Shown one piece after another: positions 18,468 through 27,597 of a DNA stretch of 64,000 nt; position 1 is the first letter of the stretch; every line of letters starts with the position of its first letter. A model generated the notes under the pieces. That model saw only the letters and a list, made by a program, of their open reading frames with translations, had not been told where the DNA came from and ran no database searches. Where the stretch lies: positions 192,001 to 256,000 of the forward strand of contig JAIPGM010000001.1 of assembly GCA_021735655.1 (NCBI GenBank). Reading direction: 5' to 3'. The stretch comes from Candidatus Omnitrophota bacterium (GTDB lineage: Bacteria > Omnitrophota > Gorgyraeia > Duberdicusellales > 4484-171). A program made the translations under genes and the position numbers.

Positions 18468-20636
18468 ATGCTCATGAAAAATGAAAATTGCGAATTAATT
18501 TTTGTAATGACTCCGCCTTGGCAGACAAAGATGCCGCCTTTAGGCTTGGCCTATTTAGCCAGTTTTTTGAAGTCAAACAATATTAACGTAGATGTCATAG
18601 ATTTGAATGTGGATCTTTTTAATAATGCTCAAGAATGCCATAAATATTTTTGGGATATAGAAACAATAAGTAATTTTGGTTCGCTTCGGATTGCCCAAGA
18701 TTTTATTAAGGCATTCAATAAAGAACTTGAAAATTTTGTTGATCGAATCTGTAGTCATCCTGCAAAGTTGGTCGGTTTTTCTACTACGGTAGCTAGTATA
18801 AATATCGCCACCTACCTTACTCATCGGATAAAATCAAAAGATCCTTCGAAAATAATTATTTTAGGCGGGCCAGGATGTTTTTTGGATACTTGCAATATAG
18901 ATCCTGAAAGGGTGGTAGATATTTTTGTCATTGGCGACGGAGAGCTGCCTTTATTGGATATAGTTAAAAGATTTAAAGATAAACAGTCTTTGTCTGATTT
19001 GTTGGAGGTTCCTGGGACAATAATTTGTCTAGATAAGAAATATCATGACTTTTCACCGGCGAATCCTGTTAAGCAGATAAACGATATTCCTTTTCCTACT
19101 TTTTCGGAGTTCGAGCTGGATGAATACCATAAAGAACATGTTTACAAACCAATTCCAATTATTACCAGCAGAGGCTGTATAAATAAATGCAGTTTTTGCG
19201 TAGACCATAAGCTCAGTAATCCTTTTAGATTTCGAAATCCGCACAAAATATTTGAAGAGATAAAATACCATGTAGAAAATAATTGTAAAAAAGAGTTTGA
19301 GTATAACGATCTACTATGTAATGGAAATTTAAAGCAATTGGAGCAGCTTTGCGACCTGATCATTGAAAGCGGCCTGTCTATAAAATGGACAAGCTATGCG
19401 GCCATAAGGAAAGGTATGAGTTTAGAGTTATTTCAGAAGATGCAGAAGGCGGGATGCAGATTTTTATGTTATGGTATGGAGTCAGCTTCAGATTTAGTTT
19501 TAGATAAGATGAATAAAAGATATAATTCTCATACGGCAGAGGATGTTATTAGAAAAACCCATTCCTCAGGTATCGAGACAGGAATCAACATTATAGTTGG
19601 CCACCCCGGTGAGTCGAATAAAGAATTTAACCAAACTTATAGATTTATCAAAAGAAACAAAGACTACATTGATCAAATCACAAACCTGTCTACTTGTTTT
19701 TTAATACCGACTTCGGATTTAGCTGAGAATATGAGCAATTTCGGTATTTATTTTTATTCTCCTTTGAAAAGGATGCCAAAATTCTTATTTCGAAATAAAG
19801 AGCTTGAGCCTAATTATGAAAATTTCTGCGCCTATCCTCATAATACTCCTGCGATTAGAGCAAAACGAGCCAGAAAAATTATAACTCTTGCTTCAAAGAT
19901 AGCTATACCGATTACTATTTTGAACTATCAAAAGCAGCACGATATGGGTATGGGGGATTTTCTAGTCCAAACTCAAGAAGCGGAAAAAGTTTTTCGTTGT
20001 AAGAAGTTAAAGATAGACTTTAGTCAAAAAGGAAGCGGTAGGTTATATTATGACAATAAGGCCTTAACTAAAGACGTAGGCCTAAATGCTTCCTTTCATG
20101 CCAATGGGCGATGGTTTGATTCTTCTTCGGCAAAGTGTCGGGTAGCCAGATCCAACAGAGGCTTGGAAATAAGAATGAGTTGGCCGGAGATTTCTTTGTT
20201 TCAATGCTGGACGATAAAAACAGAAGGTGATTCTTCTGTCGAATGGCGGGTAAAAACAGAGTTTAAAAGGTCTTTGGAGCTATCTCAATATAAGATCGGC
20301 ATTATCTTGTCACAGGAATACGATAGTTGCCAAGTTAATGGTGAAGAACACCGATTCTCCGATAATTTTACCGAGAACTGGGAGGAAGCATTGTTTTTGA
20401 AGCTTGATTCGATAAGCATCGGCTCTAAGGGATTTTTACCGATGATGACCCTGAAGGAAGAATCCAAGGGTGGTGTGTTCGTGCAGGTCCATAATACCCC
20501 GCTTCACTTGCATACTCGAATGATTAATTTTTGCCGTTTTGGCGAGAACCTTAAAGATGACCACAGCACTGAATCTTTATTGATCAAAAAAGGTGATGTT
20601 TGGAAAAATAAGCTAAAAATAAAATTAAAGGTTTAA
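18468..20636 (+). CDS. B12-binding radical SAM (class B) enzyme with C-terminal copy of the Wzt repeat module
   Basis: The N-terminal B12-binding-like region is LIFVMTPPWQTKMPPLGLAYLASFLKSNNINVDVIDLN. The rSAM motif is ITSRGCINKCSFC (~19172-19200). The C-terminal segment ~19990-20290 (KKLKIDFSQKGSGRLYY...W...W) matches the Wzt module. Confidence 0.75.
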   Translation: MLMKNENCELIFVMTPPWQTKMPPLGLAYLASFLKSNNINVDVIDLNVDLFNNAQECHKYFWDIETISNFGSLRIAQDFIKAFNKELENFVDRICSHPAKLVGFSTTVASINIATYLTHRIKSKDPSKIIILGGPGCFLDTCNIDPERVVDIFVIGDGELPLLDIVKRFKDKQSLSDLLEVPGTIICLDKKYHDFSPANPVKQINDIPFPTFSEFELDEYHKEHVYKPIPIITSRGCINKCSFCVDHKLSNPFRFRNPHKIFEEIKYHVENNCKKEFEYNDLLCNGNLKQLEQLCDLIIESGLSIKWTSYAAIRKGMSLELFQKMQKAGCRFLCYGMESASDLVLDKMNKRYNSHTAEDVIRKTHSSGIETGINIIVGHPGESNKEFNQTYRFIKRNKDYIDQITNLSTCFLIPTSDLAENMSNFGIYFYSPLKRMPKFLFRNKELEPNYENFCAYPHNTPAIRAKRARKIITLASKIAIPITILNYQKQHDMGMGDFLVQTQEAEKVFRCKKLKIDFSQKGSGRLYYDNKALTKDVGLNASFHANGRWFDSSSAKCRVARSNRGLEIRMSWPEISLFQCWTIKTEGDSSVEWRVKTEFKRSLELSQYKIGIILSQEYDSCQVNGEEHRFSDNFTENWEEALFLKLDSISIGSKGFLPMMTLKEESKGGVFVQVHNTPLHLHTRMINFCRFGENLKDDHSTESLLIKKGDVWKNKLKIKLKV

Positions 20637-20646
20637 AAATTTACAT

Positions 20647-23600
20647 ATGAATCTAACAGATAAAATTTTATTAGTGGGTCTTGCTCCTTGGGGAGTAGAT
20701 ACGCCACCCCTAGCCTTAGCTTGTTTAAGTACCTCTTTGAGGAATGCAAATATTAGCACTGAAGTATTTGATATGAATATTGAGCTTTACAATGCCGTTA
20801 ATGAGCAAAGTAAATATTTGTGGAGTATGAATTATTCTCATTGGTGGCGAGAGCCAGAAAGATATTCTGATATTAGAAAGGAATTAGATGTTTACATAGA
20901 ACCTTTAATAAAGAAAATTTTAAGTTTTAAGCATAAGATAGTTGGCTTTTCACTTTCTACTAATTGCTCTGACCTTTTGTTGGAGGAGATAGTAAAAAGA
21001 ATAAAAACTAGCGATCCCGATAAGGTAATAATTCTAGGTGGTGTTTCAATTTCAATAAATGAGCAGAGAAATGATTTAATTAGGAAGTTAAGGACGCAGA
21101 TAGATTACTGTGTGATTGGAGAAGGAGAAGAGGTACTTGTCGAATTGGTAAAGAAAATAGCTAGCAATAAGCTAGAAGATATAGGTCGATTGCCAGGCAT
21201 AATTAAGAAGGGTGAGTTTGAAGGAGTTAAACAGAGGGCAGAGATCAAAGATTTTAATTCGCTGCCATTTCCTACATTTGAAGAATTCAATTTAAAAAAA
21301 TATAAAGCACCCGTGAGCTTACCTATGGAATTTTCTCGTGGCTGCGTAGGTAGTTGTCCTTTCTGCGATTTTAAAAGCGTTTCTTCTGCCTTTAAGTCAA
21401 AAGCACCTTATTATATTATAAGCCAGATAAAATTCTATAAAGAAAAATACAATATTATTCATATGAGCCTATCTGACCCAGCAGTAAATGGAGATATTAG
21501 GGTTCTTGAGCAAATATGTGATTTATTAATCGAAGCTAACCTTTCTGTAAATATAAATTCTCTGGCAATTCCCCGCAAGGAAATGACCTTAGAACTATTA
21601 GAGAGAATGAAGAAAGCAGGTTTTTATCGTTTGGAGTATGGTCTAGAGAGCGGTTCGAATAAGATTCTCAAAGCAATGAGGAAAATATTTACTGTCGAAA
21701 TTGCCGAGAAAGTTATCCGAGATACTTATCAAGCAGGGATAAAAACATATCTCTATTTAATTGTGGGTTATCCACAGGAGACAGAGGATGATCTCAATCA
21801 GACCAAAGATTTTTTGAATAGAAACCGTCAGTATATTTCCATGATAAAGTCTATCAACCCTCTTTATGTAATGGCCGGTTCAGAGATATTTTGCAATCCC
21901 GATAAATATCAAGTCACATTACCGGCTAAAGATAGTGACAAGAGATGGTTTATTGGTGATAAGAATACATATTCTTTGCGAAAAGCCCGGATATTTGAAC
22001 TTAAAAAAGTAGTTGCTAGTTTAAATATTCCCTTTACCGAAGAGGCGGAATCTTTAGAGTTTACTGGAAACTCTTTAAATAAACAACAAGGAATCGTTGT
22101 AGGTGGAGGCAATCCATACGATAAAGATGAGTCAACTACAGAAAATAAAATTATGTCTAGAGGATATGCAGAACAAAAAACAGATAAATATAGAGATAGT
22201 TTTTTATTAATTAATTTGCCCCCTTGGGGTCAAGAAAATCCTCATATCGGAGTAGGCTATGTGTGTAGCTATCTTCGTCATAAAGGCTTTAAGCCATCGG
22301 TCTTAGACTTGAATAAGAAATTTTATTTGAGTCAGCCAAATTTTCAAATGCTCTGGCATGTAGAAAATAAAAACTTTTGGTCAAATCAAGATTCTTTTCC
22401 TTTGATTTTAAAATTATTTAAGAAGGAAATAGATAAGGCAATAAATGATATTTTGTCTTCAGGTTGCAGCCTATTAGGTTTCTCGGTAGTTGACCCTAAA
22501 GAAAAAATAACTATAGAGTTCATTAGGAGAATAAAACGTAGGGATAAAAGTAAAAAGATAATTTTAGGTGGTCCGGCAACTTCTACTTATGAGCAGAGAA
22601 AGATATTTTTGGATAATGTTGAGGAAGAGATAGATACTTTTGTGATCGGCGAAGGCGAGCAAACTTTGTTTAAGGTAGTAGACCGAATTTTAAAGAAAAA
22701 AGAGCTTAAAGGTATCGAGGGTTGTTGCAGCCGGGATAATGGTAAGTGGGTTTGTCGAGAAAGCGGTGAGATTGTTTCTTTAGATAAGATTCCTTTCCCG
22801 ACCTATGAGGAATTTGATTTGAGTCTATACGGTAAATCTTTCCTTGTTGAATGGTCAAGAGGCTGTAGGAGTAAATGCGCTTTTTGCAAAAATTATCGGC
22901 TTTTTTCTTCTTATCGGTCAAAGTCAGCTGAATCGGTTATGAAGGAATTGAGATATCATAAGCAAAAGTATAATGTAGATGAATTCACTGTAGTCGATAA
23001 TATTTTGAATGGTGATCTAAATACCTTGAATGATATTTGCGACAGGATAATAAAGGAAAATCTTCAAATTAGATGGACTGGGCAAATTGCCCCCCGCAAA
23101 GATATGAATTTTGAATATTTCCAAAAAATGAAGCAGGCCGGATGTTTTAAACTTCAAATTGGCCTTGAGTCTGGTTCGAACAAGGTGTTAAAGTTAATGC
23201 ATAAGAGCTTTACGGCAGAGATTTCTGAAAAAAATATAATTTTTGCTAAGAAAGCAGGCATTGAGACAGAAATTTTTACAATGATTGGTTTTCCCGGGGA
23301 GGCTGAGAAAGATTTTCAAGAAACTTACGATTTTATAAAAAGAAATGCAAAATATCTGGATACCATAAAATCGATAAACACCTTACATCTAATAGCCGGA
23401 ACTGAAATCTATGAGCAGAGAGAGCGTTTTAAAATAAAGCCTTTACCTCAAGAAAACTGGCATTATTTATGGGAAACTTATGAGGGAAATACATACAAGG
23501 TACGGGAAGAAAGAGCTAAGCGTATTCTAGGGTTAGCTTGCGATCTTAAGATTAAAGTTATGGAGACTAATATTATAGAGGGAAAAGAGCAAAAAGTTTT

Positions 23601-23805
23601 GCTTGAAAATCTCGGCTTATTGGAAAAATCCCTGAATTCTTTGCAAGAGTTACCAGAAAAAGAAGAATTTAAGCTAAAAAGAAGAAATATTAATAAATGG
23701 TTAATCCTGATTTTTGTTTCTTTTTACACATTTTTTTATATTATTTATTTTTGGGTATTTATGATTTTTAGAAATAAAGTTCTCTTGGGGGGAAGAAAAA
23801 AGTGA
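20647..23805 (+). CDS. Double B12-binding radical SAM fusion (two complete class-B rSAM units) with C-terminal transmembrane helix
   Basis: Unit 1 has LLVGLAPWGVDTPPLALACL... followed by EFSRGCVGSCPFC (~21331-21369). Unit 2 has LLINLPPWGQENPHIGVGYV... followed by EWSRGCRSKCAFC (~22861-22890). The C-terminus WLILIFVSFYTFFYIIYFWVFMIF is a predicted TM anchor. Confidence 0.75.
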   Translation: MNLTDKILLVGLAPWGVDTPPLALACLSTSLRNANISTEVFDMNIELYNAVNEQSKYLWSMNYSHWWREPERYSDIRKELDVYIEPLIKKILSFKHKIVGFSLSTNCSDLLLEEIVKRIKTSDPDKVIILGGVSISINEQRNDLIRKLRTQIDYCVIGEGEEVLVELVKKIASNKLEDIGRLPGIIKKGEFEGVKQRAEIKDFNSLPFPTFEEFNLKKYKAPVSLPMEFSRGCVGSCPFCDFKSVSSAFKSKAPYYIISQIKFYKEKYNIIHMSLSDPAVNGDIRVLEQICDLLIEANLSVNINSLAIPRKEMTLELLERMKKAGFYRLEYGLESGSNKILKAMRKIFTVEIAEKVIRDTYQAGIKTYLYLIVGYPQETEDDLNQTKDFLNRNRQYISMIKSINPLYVMAGSEIFCNPDKYQVTLPAKDSDKRWFIGDKNTYSLRKARIFELKKVVASLNIPFTEEAESLEFTGNSLNKQQGIVVGGGNPYDKDESTTENKIMSRGYAEQKTDKYRDSFLLINLPPWGQENPHIGVGYVCSYLRHKGFKPSVLDLNKKFYLSQPNFQMLWHVENKNFWSNQDSFPLILKLFKKEIDKAINDILSSGCSLLGFSVVDPKEKITIEFIRRIKRRDKSKKIILGGPATSTYEQRKIFLDNVEEEIDTFVIGEGEQTLFKVVDRILKKKELKGIEGCCSRDNGKWVCRESGEIVSLDKIPFPTYEEFDLSLYGKSFLVEWSRGCRSKCAFCKNYRLFSSYRSKSAESVMKELRYHKQKYNVDEFTVVDNILNGDLNTLNDICDRIIKENLQIRWTGQIAPRKDMNFEYFQKMKQAGCFKLQIGLESGSNKVLKLMHKSFTAEISEKNIIFAKKAGIETEIFTMIGFPGEAEKDFQETYDFIKRNAKYLDTIKSINTLHLIAGTEIYEQRERFKIKPLPQENWHYLWETYEGNTYKVREERAKRILGLACDLKIKVMETNIIEGKEQKVLLENLGLLEKSLNSLQELPEKEEFKLKRRNINKWLILIFVSFYTFFYIIYFWVFMIFRNKVLLGGRKK

Positions 23806-24962
23806 AAATACTAATGGTGCACCCCCATGATTTATTTGATCGGTCTGAACCTTGGACGATAAGAATTAAGAGTATAGCCAGAGAATTTGAGAAAAAGGAT
23901 CACAAGGTTAAATTGTGTTATTTCCCTTTAACTATAAATGAAAAACATTATCCTAAAAATATGGGATCTATAGAACTGATCCCCTTAGATCGAACACCTT
24001 CTCCGAAAGCTTTTATTATAAATATAATTAAACTTATAAAATTGTGTAAATGGGCGAATATCGTCCACTTGCAGAAATGTCATCATTACTCTTCAATCCC
24101 TACGGTAATTGCTGCCTATATTGCCGCTAAGCCTCTTCATTATGACTGGGATGATTGGGAGGAGAAAATTTGGTATGAATCCTGCGGTAGAGGTTTACAT
24201 TCCCGTTTCATCGGTTTTTCATTTAAAGTATTAGAGAGATGGCTTCCGGTTTTAGCTGATTCAACTTCTTGTGCTAGCAAGTGTTTGAGAAACTTAACTT
24301 ATAAGTTTGGAGTAAAAAAAGAATACATATTTGATACTCCGGTAGGAGCTGATCTAGATAAATTTAAGCCTAGCCTAAATGGTCAATGGGTTAAGAAAAA
24401 ATTCAATATTAGTTCAGATTTAGTTTTATATATTGGTCAGTTACACGGAGCCCAATACGTAGATATATTTATAAAAGCGGCCAATATCCTTTCTTCTGAG
24501 CGGCCGGATGTCAAATTTATGATTGTTGGTGAAGGTTTTTCGGAACATTCATTGAAACAGCTTACTTATGATTTAGGCTTAAAAGATAAAGTTATTTTTA
24601 CCGGGAGCATACCTTATGGTGATATTCCCGATTATGTTAATGCTGCATCAGTATGCGTGGCACCCTTTAAAGATACTGAGGTAACTCGTTGCAAGAGTCC
24701 TTTAAAAATTGCAGAGTATTTAGCCAGCGGTAAACCAATAGTGGCAAGTTTAGTAGGTGAAGTAAGAAATATGATCGGCGGCTGTGGAGTTTTAGTCAAG
24801 CCGGGGGATCATCATTCTTTAGCTGAAGGAATTCTGCGCCTAGTTGAAGATAAAGAATTAAGAGGTAAATTATCTAAGCATGCACGTAAGCGGGCTGAGA
24901 GAAAGTATAACTGGACCAACACGGCAGATTCCTTAATTTGCGCCTACAAAAAGATACTGTAA
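23802..24962 (+). CDS. Glycosyltransferase family 4 (GT-B, retaining)
   Basis: The GT4 C-terminal domain has the EX7E-type region EGFSEH...KIAEYLASGKPIVAS. The ATGA overlap with the upstream gene indicates coupling. Confidence 0.8.
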   Translation: MKILMVHPHDLFDRSEPWTIRIKSIAREFEKKDHKVKLCYFPLTINEKHYPKNMGSIELIPLDRTPSPKAFIINIIKLIKLCKWANIVHLQKCHHYSSIPTVIAAYIAAKPLHYDWDDWEEKIWYESCGRGLHSRFIGFSFKVLERWLPVLADSTSCASKCLRNLTYKFGVKKEYIFDTPVGADLDKFKPSLNGQWVKKKFNISSDLVLYIGQLHGAQYVDIFIKAANILSSERPDVKFMIVGEGFSEHSLKQLTYDLGLKDKVIFTGSIPYGDIPDYVNAASVCVAPFKDTEVTRCKSPLKIAEYLASGKPIVASLVGEVRNMIGGCGVLVKPGDHHSLAEGILRLVEDKELRGKLSKHARKRAERKYNWTNTADSLICAYKKIL

Positions 24963-26062
24963 TGAAGTTTGTATTTATAACTCGAGAAGGCCTTGAGAAT
25001 CCGGGAGCCAGAACCCGTTGTTATAGTTTATCGGCTAAACTAAGGCAAAAAGGACTAAGGGCTGATGTTTTTTCTTTTTCCGATAGGTTGGGTGCTAAAT
25101 CAGGAAAAGATGAAATTGATTTTACTTTTTTTGAGAAGTTTAAGCATATTTATAAGGGATTTAAGTTACTCTCAAAAGAAAAAGATAAGCCGATCTTTAT
25201 CGTAAATCGCTTTAATTATCATACAATTCCGGCATGGCTAGTTTCTAAGCTTAAAAAGATACCTTTGGTGTTTGATATGGATGATTGGGAGGCAAGAGAA
25301 GATATAGGGTATTATTTTGGACTATTCCCTAAGTCAAAAGCCGAATACCTTGCTGGTTTATTTGCAAAGAACAGCATGTTTTGTATTGCGGCTAGTAATT
25401 ATTTAAGAGATTATCTTTTGCAGTTTAACAAGAAGGTTTATTATCTGCCCACCGGAGTAGATACTGATAAATTTAAGTCCCTTGGTCGTAAAGACAAGAA
25501 AGATTTTATTTTTTCATGGCATGGTTCGGTGAATAGGATAGAGGTTTTAAAATATATAAAATTTATCATTGATTGCTTTTTGGCTATTCGTAAAAAATAT
25601 CCTTTTATTAAGCTGGTTATTGCCGGAGACGGTATTTTCGGAAATGAATTGCGAAAATTAGTCAAAGCTTCGAGTTCTAACAGTATAATATATGCTGGGT
25701 GGATTAATTATCGGAGTATTCCCAGTCATCTAGATAGTATTGATGTTGGATTGGTACCGCTTTTGGATAAGACCCGGTTTAATTTATCAAAAAGCCCGGT
25801 TAAATTATTTGAATATATGGCTATGGCCAAGCCAACCATCTCTAGTAATATCGGAGAAGCAGCCAGTATTATTGATAATGGCGAGAATGGATTTTTAGCT
25901 GGAACCGAGGAAGAATTTTTAGAAAGGATGGAAGCTCTGATTAAAGATAAAGATTTGGGTAAAAAGATAGGGGATAATGCTCGTAAAACAGTAGAGAAGC
26001 AATACTCTTTAGATGTCGTTAGTGAATCAGCCTATGAAATATTGGCTGGTATCAATGCTTAG
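24962..26062 (+). CDS. Glycosyltransferase family 4
   Basis: TAATG overlap start. The motifs are GDGIFGNELRKL...KLFEYMAMAKPTISS (EX7E-like) and GFLAG. The ORF-track start 24938 would overlap the upstream gene by 25 nt, so the ATG at 24962 is preferred. Confidence 0.8.
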   Translation: MKFVFITREGLENPGARTRCYSLSAKLRQKGLRADVFSFSDRLGAKSGKDEIDFTFFEKFKHIYKGFKLLSKEKDKPIFIVNRFNYHTIPAWLVSKLKKIPLVFDMDDWEAREDIGYYFGLFPKSKAEYLAGLFAKNSMFCIAASNYLRDYLLQFNKKVYYLPTGVDTDKFKSLGRKDKKDFIFSWHGSVNRIEVLKYIKFIIDCFLAIRKKYPFIKLVIAGDGIFGNELRKLVKASSSNSIIYAGWINYRSIPSHLDSIDVGLVPLLDKTRFNLSKSPVKLFEYMAMAKPTISSNIGEAASIIDNGENGFLAGTEEEFLERMEALIKDKDLGKKIGDNARKTVEKQYSLDVVSESAYEILAGINA

Positions 26063-26107
26063 AATTTTCACAGTTGCTATAACTTAAGGAATAAAGGAGA
26101 ATTTGAT

Positions 26108-26785
26108 TTGGGTTATCTTGTTGAGACGCATCAACTAACTAAAATATTTAAGCCACACAAAGGCATTGGTGAGAAGCTTAGAGGCTCAGCAGCTCGAACC
26201 GAGGTAAAGGCTGTAGATAGAGTTAGTTTTTCTTTAGAAGCAGGTTCCACCATGGCTATTATGGGTCCTAATGCTGCCGGAAAAACAACTCTTTTAAAAC
26301 TAATCGCTTCTTTAATTATTCCAACCAGTGGTCGGATTTCGGTTAAAGGTACAATTGGTTTGGTTACCGGGGAAGAGAGGAGTTTTTACTGGCGCTTGAG
26401 CGGTCAGCAGAATTTAGAGTTTTTTGCTGCTTTGTACGGTTTGGGAAAATCCGAAGCCAAGAGGCGAATCCAGCAGTTGGTTGAATTGCTGGGCATCGAG
26501 GATATGAGTGATGTTCTGGTTCAAGAGTATTCCTCGGGATACAAACAGAGGCTGGCTATTGCTAGAGGATTATTGCATGATCCGGATATCTTGCTTTTAG
26601 ATGAACCCACTAAAAATTTGGATTCTTCTCACGCTGAACATTTAAGAATTTTTATAAGAGAAAACTTAGGTAAAGAAAGCAAAAAGACAGTTATTTTTAC
26701 TAGTCATAACTTAGAGGAAGCTTCGTTTTTAGCGAATAAATTAGCAGTAATGGATAAGGGTTGCCTAAGGCAACAGGATAGTTGA
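26108..26785 (+). CDS. ABC transporter ATP-binding protein (ABC-2 exporter type)
   Basis: TTG start with AAGGAG 9 nt upstream. Walker A is GPNAAGKTT, the signature is SSGYKQRLAIARG, Walker B is LLLDEP and the H-loop is TSHN. Confidence 0.8.
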   Translation: MGYLVETHQLTKIFKPHKGIGEKLRGSAARTEVKAVDRVSFSLEAGSTMAIMGPNAAGKTTLLKLIASLIIPTSGRISVKGTIGLVTGEERSFYWRLSGQQNLEFFAALYGLGKSEAKRRIQQLVELLGIEDMSDVLVQEYSSGYKQRLAIARGLLHDPDILLLDEPTKNLDSSHAEHLRIFIRENLGKESKKTVIFTSHNLEEASFLANKLAVMDKGCLRQQDS

Positions 26786-26786
26786 T

Positions 26787-27590
26787 ATGGGAAAAATTAT
26801 AGCATTTATTAAGAAAGATTTTCAAATTTTTTTAAGTTATAAGCTATTTTTCATGTTGCGTTGGGCGGGTATTGTTATACCGGTTGTTACTTTTTATTTT
26901 ATATCTAAGTTTATCGACCAGCAGGGGAATATTGCCTTCAGCGAATATCGAGGAGGGTACTTCCCTTTTGTGGTTATAGGCTTGTCAGTATACGGCTATC
27001 TTCTTGTCTTGTTGCGTTCAGCTTCTGAAGGTATGCGGCAGGAGCAGATGTACGGAACTTTAGAGGTTATTTTTGCTACCCCGGTAAAAAGTAGTATCGT
27101 AGCAATTTCGGCAGGTTTGTGGAATAGTCTTATTGCTTTAGTTGCTATGGTGGTATGTTTGGTAACCGGAATTTTATTGTTTAAGGAGGGCATTGTTGCT
27201 TTGGATTGGTTTGCCTTATTTTTAACTTTAATTATGATTGTCGTTAATTTTTTAAGCATAGGTATATTGGCTGCTGCAGTAATAGTGGTTTGTAAAAGAG
27301 GTGATCCGATTGCTTGGTTTGCTAGTACATTCTTTGCTTTTTTTGGCGGAGTTTATTATCCAGTGAGTGTTTTGCCTAAAGGGTTTCAGAAAATATCTCA
27401 GTTTTTACCGATCACTTATGCTGTCAGGGCTTTGCGTAAAGTTATACTTGCCGGGGCAACATCTGTCGAGATAACTAACGAGTTAGTTGTGTTGTTTATT
27501 TGTGCAGTATGTTTGTTGCCTTTATCTTTAATTATTTTTAGTTATGCTGTGCGGCGAGCTAAGATGAGCGGTAGCTTATCTTATTATTAG
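26787..27590 (+). CDS. ABC-2 family exporter permease
   Basis: It has six predicted TM helices and sits immediately after its ATPase with a 1-nt gap. It has no similarity to importer permeases. Confidence 0.7.
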   Translation: MGKIIAFIKKDFQIFLSYKLFFMLRWAGIVIPVVTFYFISKFIDQQGNIAFSEYRGGYFPFVVIGLSVYGYLLVLLRSASEGMRQEQMYGTLEVIFATPVKSSIVAISAGLWNSLIALVAMVVCLVTGILLFKEGIVALDWFALFLTLIMIVVNFLSIGILAAAVIVVCKRGDPIAWFASTFFAFFGGVYYPVSVLPKGFQKISQFLPITYAVRALRKVILAGATSVEITNELVVLFICAVCLLPLSLIIFSYAVRRAKMSGSLSYY

Positions 27591-27597
27591 GTAATGA

